Assembly: GCA_037189525.1 (NCBI GenBank)
Contig: JBBCJC010000005.1
Location: forward strand, 352,001-416,000
Source: Gemmatimonadales bacterium
GTDB lineage: Bacteria; Gemmatimonadota; Gemmatimonadetes; Gemmatimonadales; GWC2-71-9
Direction: 5' to 3'
DNA: 64,000 bases
Both the position numbers and the translations under genes were made by a program. Position 1 is the stretch's first letter. Each line of letters starts with the position of its first letter. The notes beneath the pieces were generated by a model. It had not been told where the DNA came from. It saw nothing but the letters and a program-made list of their open reading frames with translations, and searched no databases. Of the stretch, positions 27,796 through 37,931 are shown piece after piece.

Positions 27796-30198
27796 TCAGT
27801 TGCCCTGGCAGCTCCGGCCCGCAGCCGTCCGGCAGAGCTCGACGACCTTGAGCGTGGGATCGGCCTCGATGTCTTTCCGATCGAAGAGGATCGGTTTCGA
27901 CTCCTTGCGCGAAAAGAGCAACGTCTGGTCGCCGTGATGGGGCGAATCGGGATCGTCCGACTGCGACGAAGCCAGCAACGATCGTCCGACCGGGCCCCGG
28001 TCGGTATACTGCACCCAGGCCACGTAGCTGGTGGCATGCATGATCGTGTTCCACCCCTTCCCCGGCACCCACCCCGAACCGTTCATGATGAGGTTGTACT
28101 GCCCGGTCTGCCCCGGACCACCATGGATGGGAATCCGCTGGCCGGAACGCTCCTCGATCTGATAGTCGCGCAGTTTGGCGGCGAGCGGCATGCCCGAATC
28201 CCGCAGGTTGCTGATCGCCGCAGCCAGCGCGCGGCCGACCCGAGGATTGGCCGCATTGAGCCCCCGCGGCGTAGAGACCGGGTCCTTGGGATCGAACGGG
28301 ACGGTAAAGAGGTCAGCCTCGGGCTGCGCGGCTTGCGTGAGGTTCTCCATGAAACGGCGCCAGAGCACCGCGCCCGGACTATCCAGGTTGTCCGTCATGT
28401 CCCACGCGGCGAGTACGTCGCAGGCTTCCGGAATGCCCTTCTGAATCGGCAGAGTCCGGCAGTACGCGACCAACGGATCGCGCCAGAGTTCCGCCGAGTA
28501 GACGCGGTTGTCCATGGTGATCGCTTCGAGATCCGCGAGTGAGAAACGATTACCCGGCCGGCCATCGGTGCCGCGGAGACGGCCTGCGATCTTATGGAGC
28601 CCGTTCCGGGTCCGGAGGCTCCGGGGCGTCTGCTCGTCGCCGACGATGGCGTCGAACCCTTCGAGCAGATTGCCGGCATGGTTGGCCCAATGGCTGTCGT
28701 TCGAGTTGGTGGCGTAGTCCCACCGATCGAGCATCGGCAGGCGCTTGGGACCGAAGATCCCCGGCACTGGTGCGTCCGGATCGGTGCCCCATTCACAGTC
28801 ATTGCGCCAGCCGTCGAACACCAGCAGTTGCTGCCGGCTCCAGAGTTCCTTGCCGAGATCCGAGGTCACGCATGCGGTGCGCATCGCATCGGTCACATGG
28901 GGAACCGATGAGCGATCCGCATAGATAACCCGTCCCTGATCATCCGCAGCAACCGTATTGAGCCAGCCGAGCCCCATGTAGCGGCGTCCGGCAAGGTCGA
29001 GAGCCTCGGCCGAGCGGGCCACGTTCATCTCGTAGTGCTGATTGAGCCACCGGAAGCTGGTCGAGACGGTCCGCACGGCATAGGCTGTCGTCGAAGTCCA
29101 GACGAAATTGGCATTGGTAACGACCGGCCCCAGATGGGTTTCCCAGAAGGTGTGGCTCCGCCGAGCCAGCTTTCCGTCTTCGCCCAGGACCTCGACCGAC
29201 ACCACGCGCGGAGTCATGCGCCGAGTGGTTCTCTCGTACTGATAGGCGGTGGGATCGCCCGGAGTGAGGCGGAGCTGATAGATCGTTTCTCGCTTGGGCA
29301 CGCTGGCAGTATGGCTCCACGCGACGTTCCGGTTGAAGCCGAGCAGCACGAGCGGAATACCGGAGAAAGTCCCGCCATAGACATCGAGCACACCCGGGAC
29401 GGTGAGATGGACTTCGAAAAACCGCTCCGGCTCGTGCCAGCGCCAGTGCGGGTTGATAAAGACCATACCTTTCCCGTTGTTGGTACCGTCGCGGCCGAGT
29501 GCAATCACATTGCTCATGGTCAGGCGCGGCTCGGCCTCGCCCTCCGGCGAGGGCGTCCGGGGTCCGCTGGCGCTGTCACCCGGTCGCACCGCATCGACGA
29601 CGGGACCGATCCAACTGGCGTTGAGGATCATCGCGGTGTGCAGCGCGCGGAGATAGACGTCTCGTTCCGTGATCGGCCGAACCCAGACCTGGCCACGGCA
29701 ACGGCTGTCGGGCAGGTTGGCAACGCCGACTTCCTCGAGATAGTGGTTGTACCCCGCGACGTAGCCGCGCACGATCTCTCGAACTTCGGGAATGGGTCCT
29801 GACGGCGGCGGCTGCCGCAACTCCTGGCCGACGACATCGCGATCGATCAACCATTGCCAGTACAGGTCGCTCTGGAGATTCGTCACCGTCTGGCGACCGT
29901 CTCGTTTGCCTTCGATACCGAAGAACCGGGATCGCTCCGCGCGCACGGTCACCCAACGATCGGCAATGGTGCAGAGATCCGCGGCCGCGATGGCATAGCC
30001 GTGGCCGAAGCCGACCCCGGCTAGACTGGCGGCCTCGACGTGCGGCACGCCGTACGCCGTGGTGCTGATACGTGCGCGCAGGTCTCCGCCGCGCGCCACC
30101 GCTTGGGCCGACACATCGCTCCACGTCACCAGCACGCTCAACGCAACCAGCCACGCCGTACCCCGGCGGGATACGGAACTTCGAATCTGCCACGACAT
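27796..30198 (-). CDS. Penicillin acylase family Ntn-hydrolase (PvdQ/AHL-acylase-like)
   Basis: YGVPHVEA, GFGHGYA; beta-chain start SNVIALG; INPHWRW, GFNRNVAWSHT, NSNDSHW, SQSDDPDSPH. Confidence 0.92.
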   Translation of the reverse strand: MSWQIRSSVSRRGTAWLVALSVLVTWSDVSAQAVARGGDLRARISTTAYGVPHVEAASLAGVGFGHGYAIAAADLCTIADRWVTVRAERSRFFGIEGKRDGRQTVTNLQSDLYWQWLIDRDVVGQELRQPPPSGPIPEVREIVRGYVAGYNHYLEEVGVANLPDSRCRGQVWVRPITERDVYLRALHTAMILNASWIGPVVDAVRPGDSASGPRTPSPEGEAEPRLTMSNVIALGRDGTNNGKGMVFINPHWRWHEPERFFEVHLTVPGVLDVYGGTFSGIPLVLLGFNRNVAWSHTASVPKRETIYQLRLTPGDPTAYQYERTTRRMTPRVVSVEVLGEDGKLARRSHTFWETHLGPVVTNANFVWTSTTAYAVRTVSTSFRWLNQHYEMNVARSAEALDLAGRRYMGLGWLNTVAADDQGRVIYADRSSVPHVTDAMRTACVTSDLGKELWSRQQLLVFDGWRNDCEWGTDPDAPVPGIFGPKRLPMLDRWDYATNSNDSHWANHAGNLLEGFDAIVGDEQTPRSLRTRNGLHKIAGRLRGTDGRPGNRFSLADLEAITMDNRVYSAELWRDPLVAYCRTLPIQKGIPEACDVLAAWDMTDNLDSPGAVLWRRFMENLTQAAQPEADLFTVPFDPKDPVSTPRGLNAANPRVGRALAAAISNLRDSGMPLAAKLRDYQIEERSGQRIPIHGGPGQTGQYNLIMNGSGWVPGKGWNTIMHATSYVAWVQYTDRGPVGRSLLASSQSDDPDSPHHGDQTLLFSRKESKPILFDRKDIEADPTLKVVELCRTAAGRSCQGN

Positions 30199-30547
30199 CA
30201 GCCTGGCTCCGGCAGGAGGGTTGAAAGACGAATCTCTGAAATGATACGAGATCAGATCGGGGGCGCAATCAGGGCCGGCGGGATGCGGCGGAGGCCAGCC
30301 GCAGCCTTGTTCACGCAGCGCTCGACCAGTGTTCAGCCTCAGGCACTAGGCTCCGATCGTTTCCTCCGCCAATCGCGGCGAAAGTCGTCCAGCCGGTTGC
30401 ACACCACGGGATCGCCGATCAGGAAACGATCGGGGCGCGCTCGCGGCCTTGAACCCCGCCGTCTCCTCAGCCGTCGACCCGCCTCACCGCTCGGCAGGCA
30501 GCGGCTGAATCGCTTCTCGGCCGCCGACCAGCAGGTCCCTGGCGATG

Positions 30548-32929
30548 TCAGCGGAAAAAGCCGAATCCGATGGACCAGCGTTTGGTCGGATATGAGGAAA
30601 GCTGGCGCGTGATTGCGACGGTCAAGTCGAACGGCGCCAGGAATGGCGTGAGCCCGTCGAACCGCACGCCGACTTCACTGTACATCCGATCGGTCGCATC
30701 CTGCGCACCAGCCGGGCGCGTTCCCGAGCTGCGGTGCCATGCCGTCCGGAACACTCCGCCATGAACGCTCACCCGCACCGGCAGATCACGCACGACCGGG
30801 ATGCCGCTCGCCGCAAACGGCAGGCGTCCGAATTCATGGCTGGCCGTCAGCGCCCAGATCCGATTCCCGGCAAAGAGGGTGTCGCCCAGGTTGTTGAAGC
30901 CGATCCGTTCGAGCCCGAAGAGATCGGTGCCATGGTCGACCCCGAACTGACGTTGCAGCGGCAGCGCCCCGGTACCCCAGCCGGCCATTCCCAGCAGCGT
31001 CAGCGTCCCGATCGTTCCGACGCGCCGCCGATGGATCGCGTCCAACTGAAGCCGGCGATAGGAAAAATCCGAATCGATCCAATCCGGATCAGACCACTCC
31101 GCGCTGAACTGTACTCGGCTCCAGGACGGTACCGGCAGCGGGTAGTCGCCGCTCTTGCCGCGAACGACCGGCCGGGTATCGAGACTCAACCGACCGGTGA
31201 GCGACCGGAGCCGGCCTTCCTGAATCGGGCCATTCTCCCTGACGACGCGATCGCCCCGCCGCACCGTGAAATCGGAGGATACCGGCAGGCTGGTCTGCCG
31301 CGCATCCCGATAGTCGCCCCCGAGACGGACCTTGCCGACCAAGCGGGAATCGACCGACACGATCAAGCCGCGTTCCCGGTAGTAGTCGAACGGGTCACGA
31401 GCCACCAGCGCTTTGAGGGTGGCGTCCCGACCCTGCGAAGGCAGCGTCGGCCGAGCCAGCGTTTCGTCGTGAAAACGCCAGCCGACCCAGAGATCCCGCG
31501 CGGGAAGGACTCGGACATCGGTGCCGAAGCGATACTGCACCCGATCGTCGCCGGTACCGTAGCCGAGTTTGGCGACGGCCCGCACATCGTTGCCGATCGG
31601 TTGGATGATGCTGCCGCCGAGATAGACACCGTCGACTCGATTGAAGTGCAGGAAGTCGGCGCCTCGCGCATCGACCATCCCGTCGAGTATCAGCCGCGCA
31701 ATCTGCCGCAGCGGTCCGCGCCGCCGATCGGCAATCGAGTCGATGCGCACCCAGGCCCGCGCCTCCACCGGCGTGAGGGATGGACCGGGAACGTCGCGCC
31801 AACGGGACGAATCCGCGCGATCCGCATCCGGCGCCACCACGACCCGATAGTGGAAGTCCCGATCGATGCCGCGATCGACCCCAAACGGTCCCATGGTGGC
31901 GATGTGTTCGACGCCCAGTCGTTTGGGCAGGCCCGGCAGCGGGACCTTGAAAGCCAGCTCCGCAGTAAAGCGGATTTCCCGCGGCCACCAGAGACCGCCC
32001 TCCTGCTCCGCCAGCAGTTGCCGATAGCGCACGTTGACGAGCGGACTCAGCTGCGCGCTCGCGTTGAGCCCGACATCGATGGCATGCACCCGATAAGTCG
32101 AGTCGATGATGTCGATGACGCCGACAAAGGCCGGAGCCACCTCCGAACGCGGTTCGAGGGCCAGGCGATAAGTCAGCCCTCGCTCCAGACGCAGCGTGTC
32201 GAGCACCCGGTAGCGATAGTGGCGCAGCGCATCGTCGGCAATCGGCGACGGCAGCAGATGAGGCCCGAACTCGATCCGATTGCGACCGAAGTTGAGCAAC
32301 TCGCCAACGGTGATGACGTTGTTGTCCGCCGGCACATTGCCCGATTGGCGCCGCGCAACGATCCGTTCCTGGTATCGATCGGGCCGTTGCCAGCTGGCGT
32401 CGATCCGGGATTCGGTGATTGCCAGAATCGATTCGGCCGAGTCTGCCGATTTGGTGAGGTCACGAATCAGGAGCCGCACGAAGGCCTGGTGCTCGTAATC
32501 GCGCAGGCCGTCGAGCGCGTCCCGTTTGGCGGCAATGGCGCGGCGAATGATCCGCTCGGCCGGGTCCTCCTCCGCCGTGACGGTGAGTTCCTCCAGTTCG
32601 AGGGGACGCGCCGCGAGCCGGACCACGAGGTGTAACGAGTCCGATCCGACCGACAGCGGAATCGACACCGGACGGTAGCCGACTCGGCGCACATCCACGG
32701 TCCAGCGGCCGGGTACGAGCTCGAGCCGGAACCTCCCGGCATCCGTGCTCAGCTGTGAATTGCCGGACTCCGCCACCCGCACCACCGCGAGGCGAATCGG
32801 CTCACCCGAGAGCGAGTCGACGACCGTACCCGTGACGGCCACCGGCGGACGTGGCTGCGCCGCTCCGGACACCGGCATCGCCAGGATCAGACCGAGCAGC
32901 CATCGGCTGCGCCACACCACGCCGCTCAT
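30548..32929 (-). CDS. Carboxypeptidase-regulatory-like domain plus DUF5686-like outer-membrane protein
   Basis: Signal peptide; VTGTVVDSLSGEPI..., EDPAERIIRRAIA, PSPIADDALRHYRY, HFNRVDGVYLG; aromatic C-terminus. Confidence 0.8.
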   Translation of the reverse strand: MSGVVWRSRWLLGLILAMPVSGAAQPRPPVAVTGTVVDSLSGEPIRLAVVRVAESGNSQLSTDAGRFRLELVPGRWTVDVRRVGYRPVSIPLSVGSDSLHLVVRLAARPLELEELTVTAEEDPAERIIRRAIAAKRDALDGLRDYEHQAFVRLLIRDLTKSADSAESILAITESRIDASWQRPDRYQERIVARRQSGNVPADNNVITVGELLNFGRNRIEFGPHLLPSPIADDALRHYRYRVLDTLRLERGLTYRLALEPRSEVAPAFVGVIDIIDSTYRVHAIDVGLNASAQLSPLVNVRYRQLLAEQEGGLWWPREIRFTAELAFKVPLPGLPKRLGVEHIATMGPFGVDRGIDRDFHYRVVVAPDADRADSSRWRDVPGPSLTPVEARAWVRIDSIADRRRGPLRQIARLILDGMVDARGADFLHFNRVDGVYLGGSIIQPIGNDVRAVAKLGYGTGDDRVQYRFGTDVRVLPARDLWVGWRFHDETLARPTLPSQGRDATLKALVARDPFDYYRERGLIVSVDSRLVGKVRLGGDYRDARQTSLPVSSDFTVRRGDRVVRENGPIQEGRLRSLTGRLSLDTRPVVRGKSGDYPLPVPSWSRVQFSAEWSDPDWIDSDFSYRRLQLDAIHRRRVGTIGTLTLLGMAGWGTGALPLQRQFGVDHGTDLFGLERIGFNNLGDTLFAGNRIWALTASHEFGRLPFAASGIPVVRDLPVRVSVHGGVFRTAWHRSSGTRPAGAQDATDRMYSEVGVRFDGLTPFLAPFDLTVAITRQLSSYPTKRWSIGFGFFR

Positions 32930-33056
32930 GGTGTGCCAGCACCCCCGGACGCTGCGCAGATACTGGCCGGATCACCCGAGCCCGCAGCAGTTTCTCCTCC
33001 GGAGCGACGCATCATGACCCCTCGGACGCGCAAGATCGCCGAAGCGATACAACAAG

Positions 33057-33081
33057 ACGCCCCCGCACGTTGCGGAGGCGT
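33057..33081 (-). terminator. Terminator downstream of tRNA-Met
   Basis: Minus strand ACGCCTCCGCA-acg-TGCGGGGGCGT then CTTGTTGT. Confidence 0.6.
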
Positions 33082-33110
33082 AAAGTGTTACACAACAACA
33101 GCTTGAACGA

Positions 33111-33184
33111 TAGCAGGGGCGGGACTCGAACCCGCGACCCCGGCATTATGAGTGCCGTGCTCTAACCACCTGAGCTACCCTGCC
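33111..33184 (-). tRNA. tRNA-Met (CAT), elongator type, CCA not encoded
   Basis: GGCAGGGTAGCTCAGGTGGTTAGAGCACGGCACTCATAATGCCGGGGTCGCGGGTTCGAGTCCCGCCCCTGCTA; cloverleaf; no initiator features; Ile2 not fully excluded. Confidence 0.93.
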
Positions 33185-33248
33185 GCAGGGGTGCCAATCC
33201 TATCCGTACGGCAGTTCACGGTCAAGGTTCCGAGACGGCCCTGGCCCC

Positions 33249-34157
33249 TCACCCCGCGACCGATTCGACGACCTCCCATCGATACGGCATCGCGATTCCC
33301 GCCCCGGGGCGCCCGACGCACAGTGCGGCCGCGGCATTGGCCGTCTCGAGAGCGGCGGCCAACGAAACACCGGCAGCCAAGTCCGCAGCCATTGCACCGA
33401 CGAAGCAGTCTCCCGCGCCGGTGGTATCGACGACGGGAACCGATCGCGCCGCTACCTCGATGATTCCATCCTCGACCACCGCGAGACTGCCGCGACCGCC
33501 TAACGTCACGACCACACTCTGCCCCGCGCGCCGGCAGAGCGACTGGGCTGCCGGCACCAGGTCCGAGTCCGCGAGGGTTTCGCACCCGGCCAGCATTGCC
33601 AGTTCGATCTCGTTGACGACCAGCACGTCCGTATCGGCCAGGAGCCCGATCGCTCCTCGGCGGGCCGGCGCCGCGTTGAGGATCGTGGTCACACCCCGGG
33701 TCCGGGCCGCGGCCAACGCTGCGGCCACTGCTGCATCGGGCACCTCGAGTTGCGCCACGACGACATCGCCAGACGTGCCGATGTCCGCGCTGGCATCGGC
33801 GGGGTGAAGCGCCTGGTTCGCGCCGGGTACCACCAGGATCGCGTTGTCCCCATCGTCCTGGACGACCACGACGGCGACACCGGTCGCCAGATCGGGGGCG
33901 GTTCCGATCTGTCCGGTCTCCACGCCCTGCTCGCGCAGGAAAGCCACCATCTGCTCCCCGAATCCATCGGCGCCAACCCGTCCGATCATTCTCGTCGAGG
34001 CTCCCATCCGAGCGGCGGCAACGGCCTGATTGGCGCCTTTGCCGCCGGGCAGGAAACGCACCGCGGACCCCGCAATGGTCTCGCCGATCCGCGGCAAGCG
34101 CGGCGCCGTGGTCACGATGTCCATGTTGATACTGCCGACGACCGTTACCCGTCCCAT
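33249..34157 (-). CDS. rbsK: Ribokinase (PfkB family)
   Basis: VVGSINMD, PGGKGANQAVAAAR, VNEIE, VDTTGAGDCF. Confidence 0.92.
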   Translation of the reverse strand: MGRVTVVGSINMDIVTTAPRLPRIGETIAGSAVRFLPGGKGANQAVAAARMGASTRMIGRVGADGFGEQMVAFLREQGVETGQIGTAPDLATGVAVVVVQDDGDNAILVVPGANQALHPADASADIGTSGDVVVAQLEVPDAAVAAALAAARTRGVTTILNAAPARRGAIGLLADTDVLVVNEIELAMLAGCETLADSDLVPAAQSLCRRAGQSVVVTLGGRGSLAVVEDGIIEVAARSVPVVDTTGAGDCFVGAMAADLAAGVSLAAALETANAAAALCVGRPGAGIAMPYRWEVVESVAG

Positions 34158-34229
34158 CGGCAGTCCTTCTCCTGCCGGGGAAACGCGTCAAGACACGCGT
34201 CGATCACGGCCCGCAAGCTCCGCTGCACC

Positions 34230-36626
34230 TCAGGACCCCGACTTTGGTCCGAGCAGATGCCGATCGAAAAATTCGACCGTCCGCCAGACGTAGTCCCGCC
34301 GGCTCGCCTCGGTCTGGATGGTATGTGGTTCGGTCGGATACACCATGACTTCGAAACGCTTCCGATCTTCGATCAGCTTCTGGATCAGACGCGCCGCATC
34401 CTGGAACTGCACATTGTCGTCGACCAGGCCGTGGACGATCAGCAGCGGATCCGCGAGCCCCGCGGTATGGTTGATCGGGCTCGACACCTGGTACGCCGGC
34501 GAGTCCTCTGCCGGCACGCCGAGAATCCGGCTGGTCCAGTCGTGGGAATAGTGAGCCCAATCGGATACGGCGGCATTCGCGATGCCGGCGGCGAATACAC
34601 CCGGGTGGCGGAACAACCCCATCAGCGTGAAGAAGCCGCCGTACGACACGCCATACACTCCGATGCGGCGGCGATCGACACCGAGCTGCTGCACCACATA
34701 GTCGATGGCGGGCAACGCGCCGTCGACATCCTTCTGCCCCATCGATCGATAGATATCGGTTCGATAGTCCCGCCCGTACCCCGCCCCGCCGCGATAGTCG
34801 AAGTCGACGATGGTGTAGCCGCGTTCCAGCAGATGATGAATCAGCCCGACGTGCAGGCCGTACCCGTAGACCGACCAGCCATTGTGACTGAACTGCCGAT
34901 AGCCGCCCCCATGGATATGGAAGATCGCCGCCCGTTCGGCGTTAGGCTTGGCGGGGCGATACAGGGCAAACCAGACCGGCTTGCCGTCCGGATGCGTGAC
35001 GGACACCATCTCGGGCCGGACCAGACGACGGCGGAAATATTCATCGGTACCGCTGACCGTAACCCGGCGTTCGGGGGCGCCGCGCGCGGCGTCACGCAGG
35101 AAGAGATCGGGCAGCTGCGTAGTCGACCCGAAGAGGACCGCCAGCCGCTTTCCATCCGGAGCAAGCGCGCCGACGTGACGCCCATCCTGTTCGGTGAGAC
35201 GCGTCAGTTCTCCGCCGGCTGCCGGGAGCAGATACAGATGATCGTTGCTGTGACCATCGCGGCCGGCGCCCAGCAGCCAGGTGGTTCGATCCCTGGAGAG
35301 CTCGGCGGTCCGCACTTCCCAGTCACCCGTCGTGAGCGGCCGAACCTGGCCCGTCGGCTCGAGCAGATACAGATGGCTCCATCCCGACCGCTCCGAGGCG
35401 AACACCAGTCGCCCGCCGGGCAACCATTCGAGCAGAGTTGGCGAACCACGATTCGGCTGAATGGCCGGCCCGCCGAGCCAGGCGTCATCGTGGTCGTGCG
35501 CCACGACCCGGGCACGCCCCGTAGCCGGATCGAATTCCGCGATCCAGAGATCGCGCCAATCGGCGGAGGAGAACTGCACGACGGCGCGATTGCCCTCGAC
35601 ACTCCAGTACGGCCCCGCCGGGATCAGCTCACGACCGCCGGCCTCCGGAAGCTCGACCCAGGTGATGCGAATGCTGTCGGGGTCGACCGTCGGATCGATT
35701 GCGACCACGCCGAATCGGAAACGATCCTGCGGCTCACCGACCTTGGCGCGCGCCGTCTCGACTTCGGCGTGCCCCGAATGCGCCACATAATCCATGAAGC
35801 GGGTCACCGGCCTCGGCGCAGCCGGCGTCCGCGCGACGAAGGTGATGAACCGCCGATCGGGGGAAAGACGGAGTTGCTCCAGGACGACGCCCGGCAGCAC
35901 GGGAATGGCCTGTGCCGCGCCGGGAGCGAGGCGCAGCCGAGCGGCCGCTCCGGCGCGCCGCGCGACACTGTCGCGGACCCGTTCGAACAGGTCCTGTTGC
36001 TGCGCAACCAGCCAGCGCGCGCCCTCACGCGATTCCGGCGACAACTGGTGGCGGCGCGAGACCTGGCGGACCTCGCCCGATTGCAGTTCGTAGCTGAAGA
36101 GGTCGCCGGCGTAGGTGAATTGGACCCAGAGTCCGTCGGCGCTGACGAGCGGACGACCCAGCCGTCCACCGAAGGTGAGGACCCGACGCACGCCATCGGC
36201 CGGTCGCCCCGCATGATAGACCAGCAAGGACCCGTCCTCGCTCCATACCGCCACCCGCCCATCTCGGCTCCAGCTCGGGGCCCGATCCGGCACCGCTTCC
36301 GAACTTGGTACTTCGCGCACGGTCGCCCCGTCGCGTGTCACCAGAAACCACGGGTCCTGCTCGGGATACTGTCCCGGGACCGGCTTGCGATGCCAGCGGA
36401 AATAGACGCCCGAGCCGTCGACCGCCCAGCGGGCATCACGGGCTTCGAGGCCCAGCCAGCGGTCGTCTCGCGCGGCGTCGTCCTCCCCGAACGGCAACGG
36501 GGCTGCCACCGAGACCCCTCGCGACGAGGACTGATAGAGCGGGGTCCGTTCCTGCGCATCGAGCACAGCGCCCGGAATCGCCTGCCCCAATACCACCGAT
36601 ACGAACGCAACTCGAAGGAGATACAT
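34230..36626 (-). CDS. S9 family peptidase (DPP IV-like), secreted
   Basis: Signal peptide from 36626; beta-propeller region; GVSYGG, HGLVDDNV, YPTEPH catalytic triad. Confidence 0.92.
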   Translation of the reverse strand: MYLLRVAFVSVVLGQAIPGAVLDAQERTPLYQSSSRGVSVAAPLPFGEDDAARDDRWLGLEARDARWAVDGSGVYFRWHRKPVPGQYPEQDPWFLVTRDGATVREVPSSEAVPDRAPSWSRDGRVAVWSEDGSLLVYHAGRPADGVRRVLTFGGRLGRPLVSADGLWVQFTYAGDLFSYELQSGEVRQVSRRHQLSPESREGARWLVAQQQDLFERVRDSVARRAGAAARLRLAPGAAQAIPVLPGVVLEQLRLSPDRRFITFVARTPAAPRPVTRFMDYVAHSGHAEVETARAKVGEPQDRFRFGVVAIDPTVDPDSIRITWVELPEAGGRELIPAGPYWSVEGNRAVVQFSSADWRDLWIAEFDPATGRARVVAHDHDDAWLGGPAIQPNRGSPTLLEWLPGGRLVFASERSGWSHLYLLEPTGQVRPLTTGDWEVRTAELSRDRTTWLLGAGRDGHSNDHLYLLPAAGGELTRLTEQDGRHVGALAPDGKRLAVLFGSTTQLPDLFLRDAARGAPERRVTVSGTDEYFRRRLVRPEMVSVTHPDGKPVWFALYRPAKPNAERAAIFHIHGGGYRQFSHNGWSVYGYGLHVGLIHHLLERGYTIVDFDYRGGAGYGRDYRTDIYRSMGQKDVDGALPAIDYVVQQLGVDRRRIGVYGVSYGGFFTLMGLFRHPGVFAAGIANAAVSDWAHYSHDWTSRILGVPAEDSPAYQVSSPINHTAGLADPLLIVHGLVDDNVQFQDAARLIQKLIEDRKRFEVMVYPTEPHTIQTEASRRDYVWRTVEFFDRHLLGPKSGS

Positions 36627-36702
36627 ATCGACTCCCTGCCCTGACGGCCGGACCAGTGGCGGATCTGAACTCAAATGAGGGCGGCGGTACAACCCGCTTG
36701 TA

Positions 36703-37755
36703 TCAGGTCGCACCTCGACCGGAGAGGCGATGCACAGCAAGCACCCCGGCGGTCAGCGCAGCAACCCCGACCAGCTGATGCAGCGCACCGAGTAACACCG
36801 GCACCACCAGCAGCAGCGTCACGATCCCGATCAGCACCTGCAGCACGACGACGCCTCCGAGATGGCGGACCGCCTTGATCGCCCCGGTCGACAGCGTACT
36901 GCGACCGGCCCGCCATGCCAGCACCAGGGCGAGCGCACCCGTCGTGAGCGCCAGCATCCGATGGTGGAACTGCGCAGCAATCGGATTCTCCAACGCGTTG
37001 ACCCACCAGGGCGACATCAGACCGTACCCCAGCGGGACGAACGTCGTCCCCATCAGCGGGAAGGTGTTGTACATGAATCCGGCCCGCAGTCCGGCGACGA
37101 ACGCCCCGGAGATGACCGTCACACCGATCAGGAGGGTGACCGCGAGCACCGAACGACGCCAGCCATGGCTGGCCGGCGGATCGGCCCGTCGGGGGCGCAG
37201 ATCGGCCCAGGTCCAGAGGGCCACAATCAGGATCGCGAGCGCAAGGGCGAGATGGGCAGCCAGACGGTACGCGCTGACCTCAGTGCGCCCCACCAGGCCG
37301 CTTTGCACCATGTACCAGCCCAGCACGCCCTGCCCCAGCGTCAGGATCGGTAAAAGGGCCAGACGGAGCCGCAGATGCCGCGGAATCATGCCGCGCAGCA
37401 GGTAGACGACATATGGAACCGCAAAGACGAGTCCCACGCCACGCGCGACGATCCGGTGCAGCCACTCCCACCAGTAAATGAACTTGAAGCCGGTGAGGGT
37501 AATGCCCTGATGGGTACTCTGCGCCTGCGGAATGGCCTGGAACGCGGCGAACGCATCCGCCCAGCCCTGATCGGTCAGTGGCGGGAATATTCCGGAGACC
37601 GGTTTCCACTCGGTGATGGAGAGCCCGCTCTCGGTCAGGCGGGTAATCCCCCCCACGACGATTGCGAGATAGACAGCGACGATACACCAGAAGAGCCAGC
37701 GCCGGAGCGCATGGTCACTGGATGCCGCGACAGAGGAGGTCGTTGAGGAATCCAT
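36703..37755 (-). CDS. ctaA: Heme A synthase (COX15/CtaA)
   Basis: GGITRLTESGLSITEWKP, FKFIYWWEWLHR, GWYMVQSGL, RLAAHL, QFHHR, LHQ. Confidence 0.95.
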   Translation of the reverse strand: MDSSTTSSVAASSDHALRRWLFWCIVAVYLAIVVGGITRLTESGLSITEWKPVSGIFPPLTDQGWADAFAAFQAIPQAQSTHQGITLTGFKFIYWWEWLHRIVARGVGLVFAVPYVVYLLRGMIPRHLRLRLALLPILTLGQGVLGWYMVQSGLVGRTEVSAYRLAAHLALALAILIVALWTWADLRPRRADPPASHGWRRSVLAVTLLIGVTVISGAFVAGLRAGFMYNTFPLMGTTFVPLGYGLMSPWWVNALENPIAAQFHHRMLALTTGALALVLAWRAGRSTLSTGAIKAVRHLGGVVVLQVLIGIVTLLLVVPVLLGALHQLVGVAALTAGVLAVHRLSGRGAT

Positions 37756-37931
37756 CCCTCAAATCTGTCGGGGAATCGCCCCCGATCCAATCCTCCGCGC
37801 CAGCCGGACGCCCGCCAGCCCCTGGCTCTCGCGCCGGCAAATACGTTCCAACCGCGCTCGGGATTCAAGACAAAGACGGCCTGCCTGCCGAGGTTGTCTC
37901 CATCCCAAATCTCGCGACCAGGAACACGACG

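Noticed and set aside
1..33110. Genomic island or prophage ending at tRNA-Met
   Set aside because: No integrase, transposase, phage gene, att repeat or obvious GC shift was seen.
33750..36644. 964-aa + strand ORF and similar long ORFs (25096-27384, 51523-53625, 30734-32635, 46739-48469)
   Set aside because: Antisense shadows of well-supported genes; stop codons are scarce in high-GC DNA and no motifs are recognisable.
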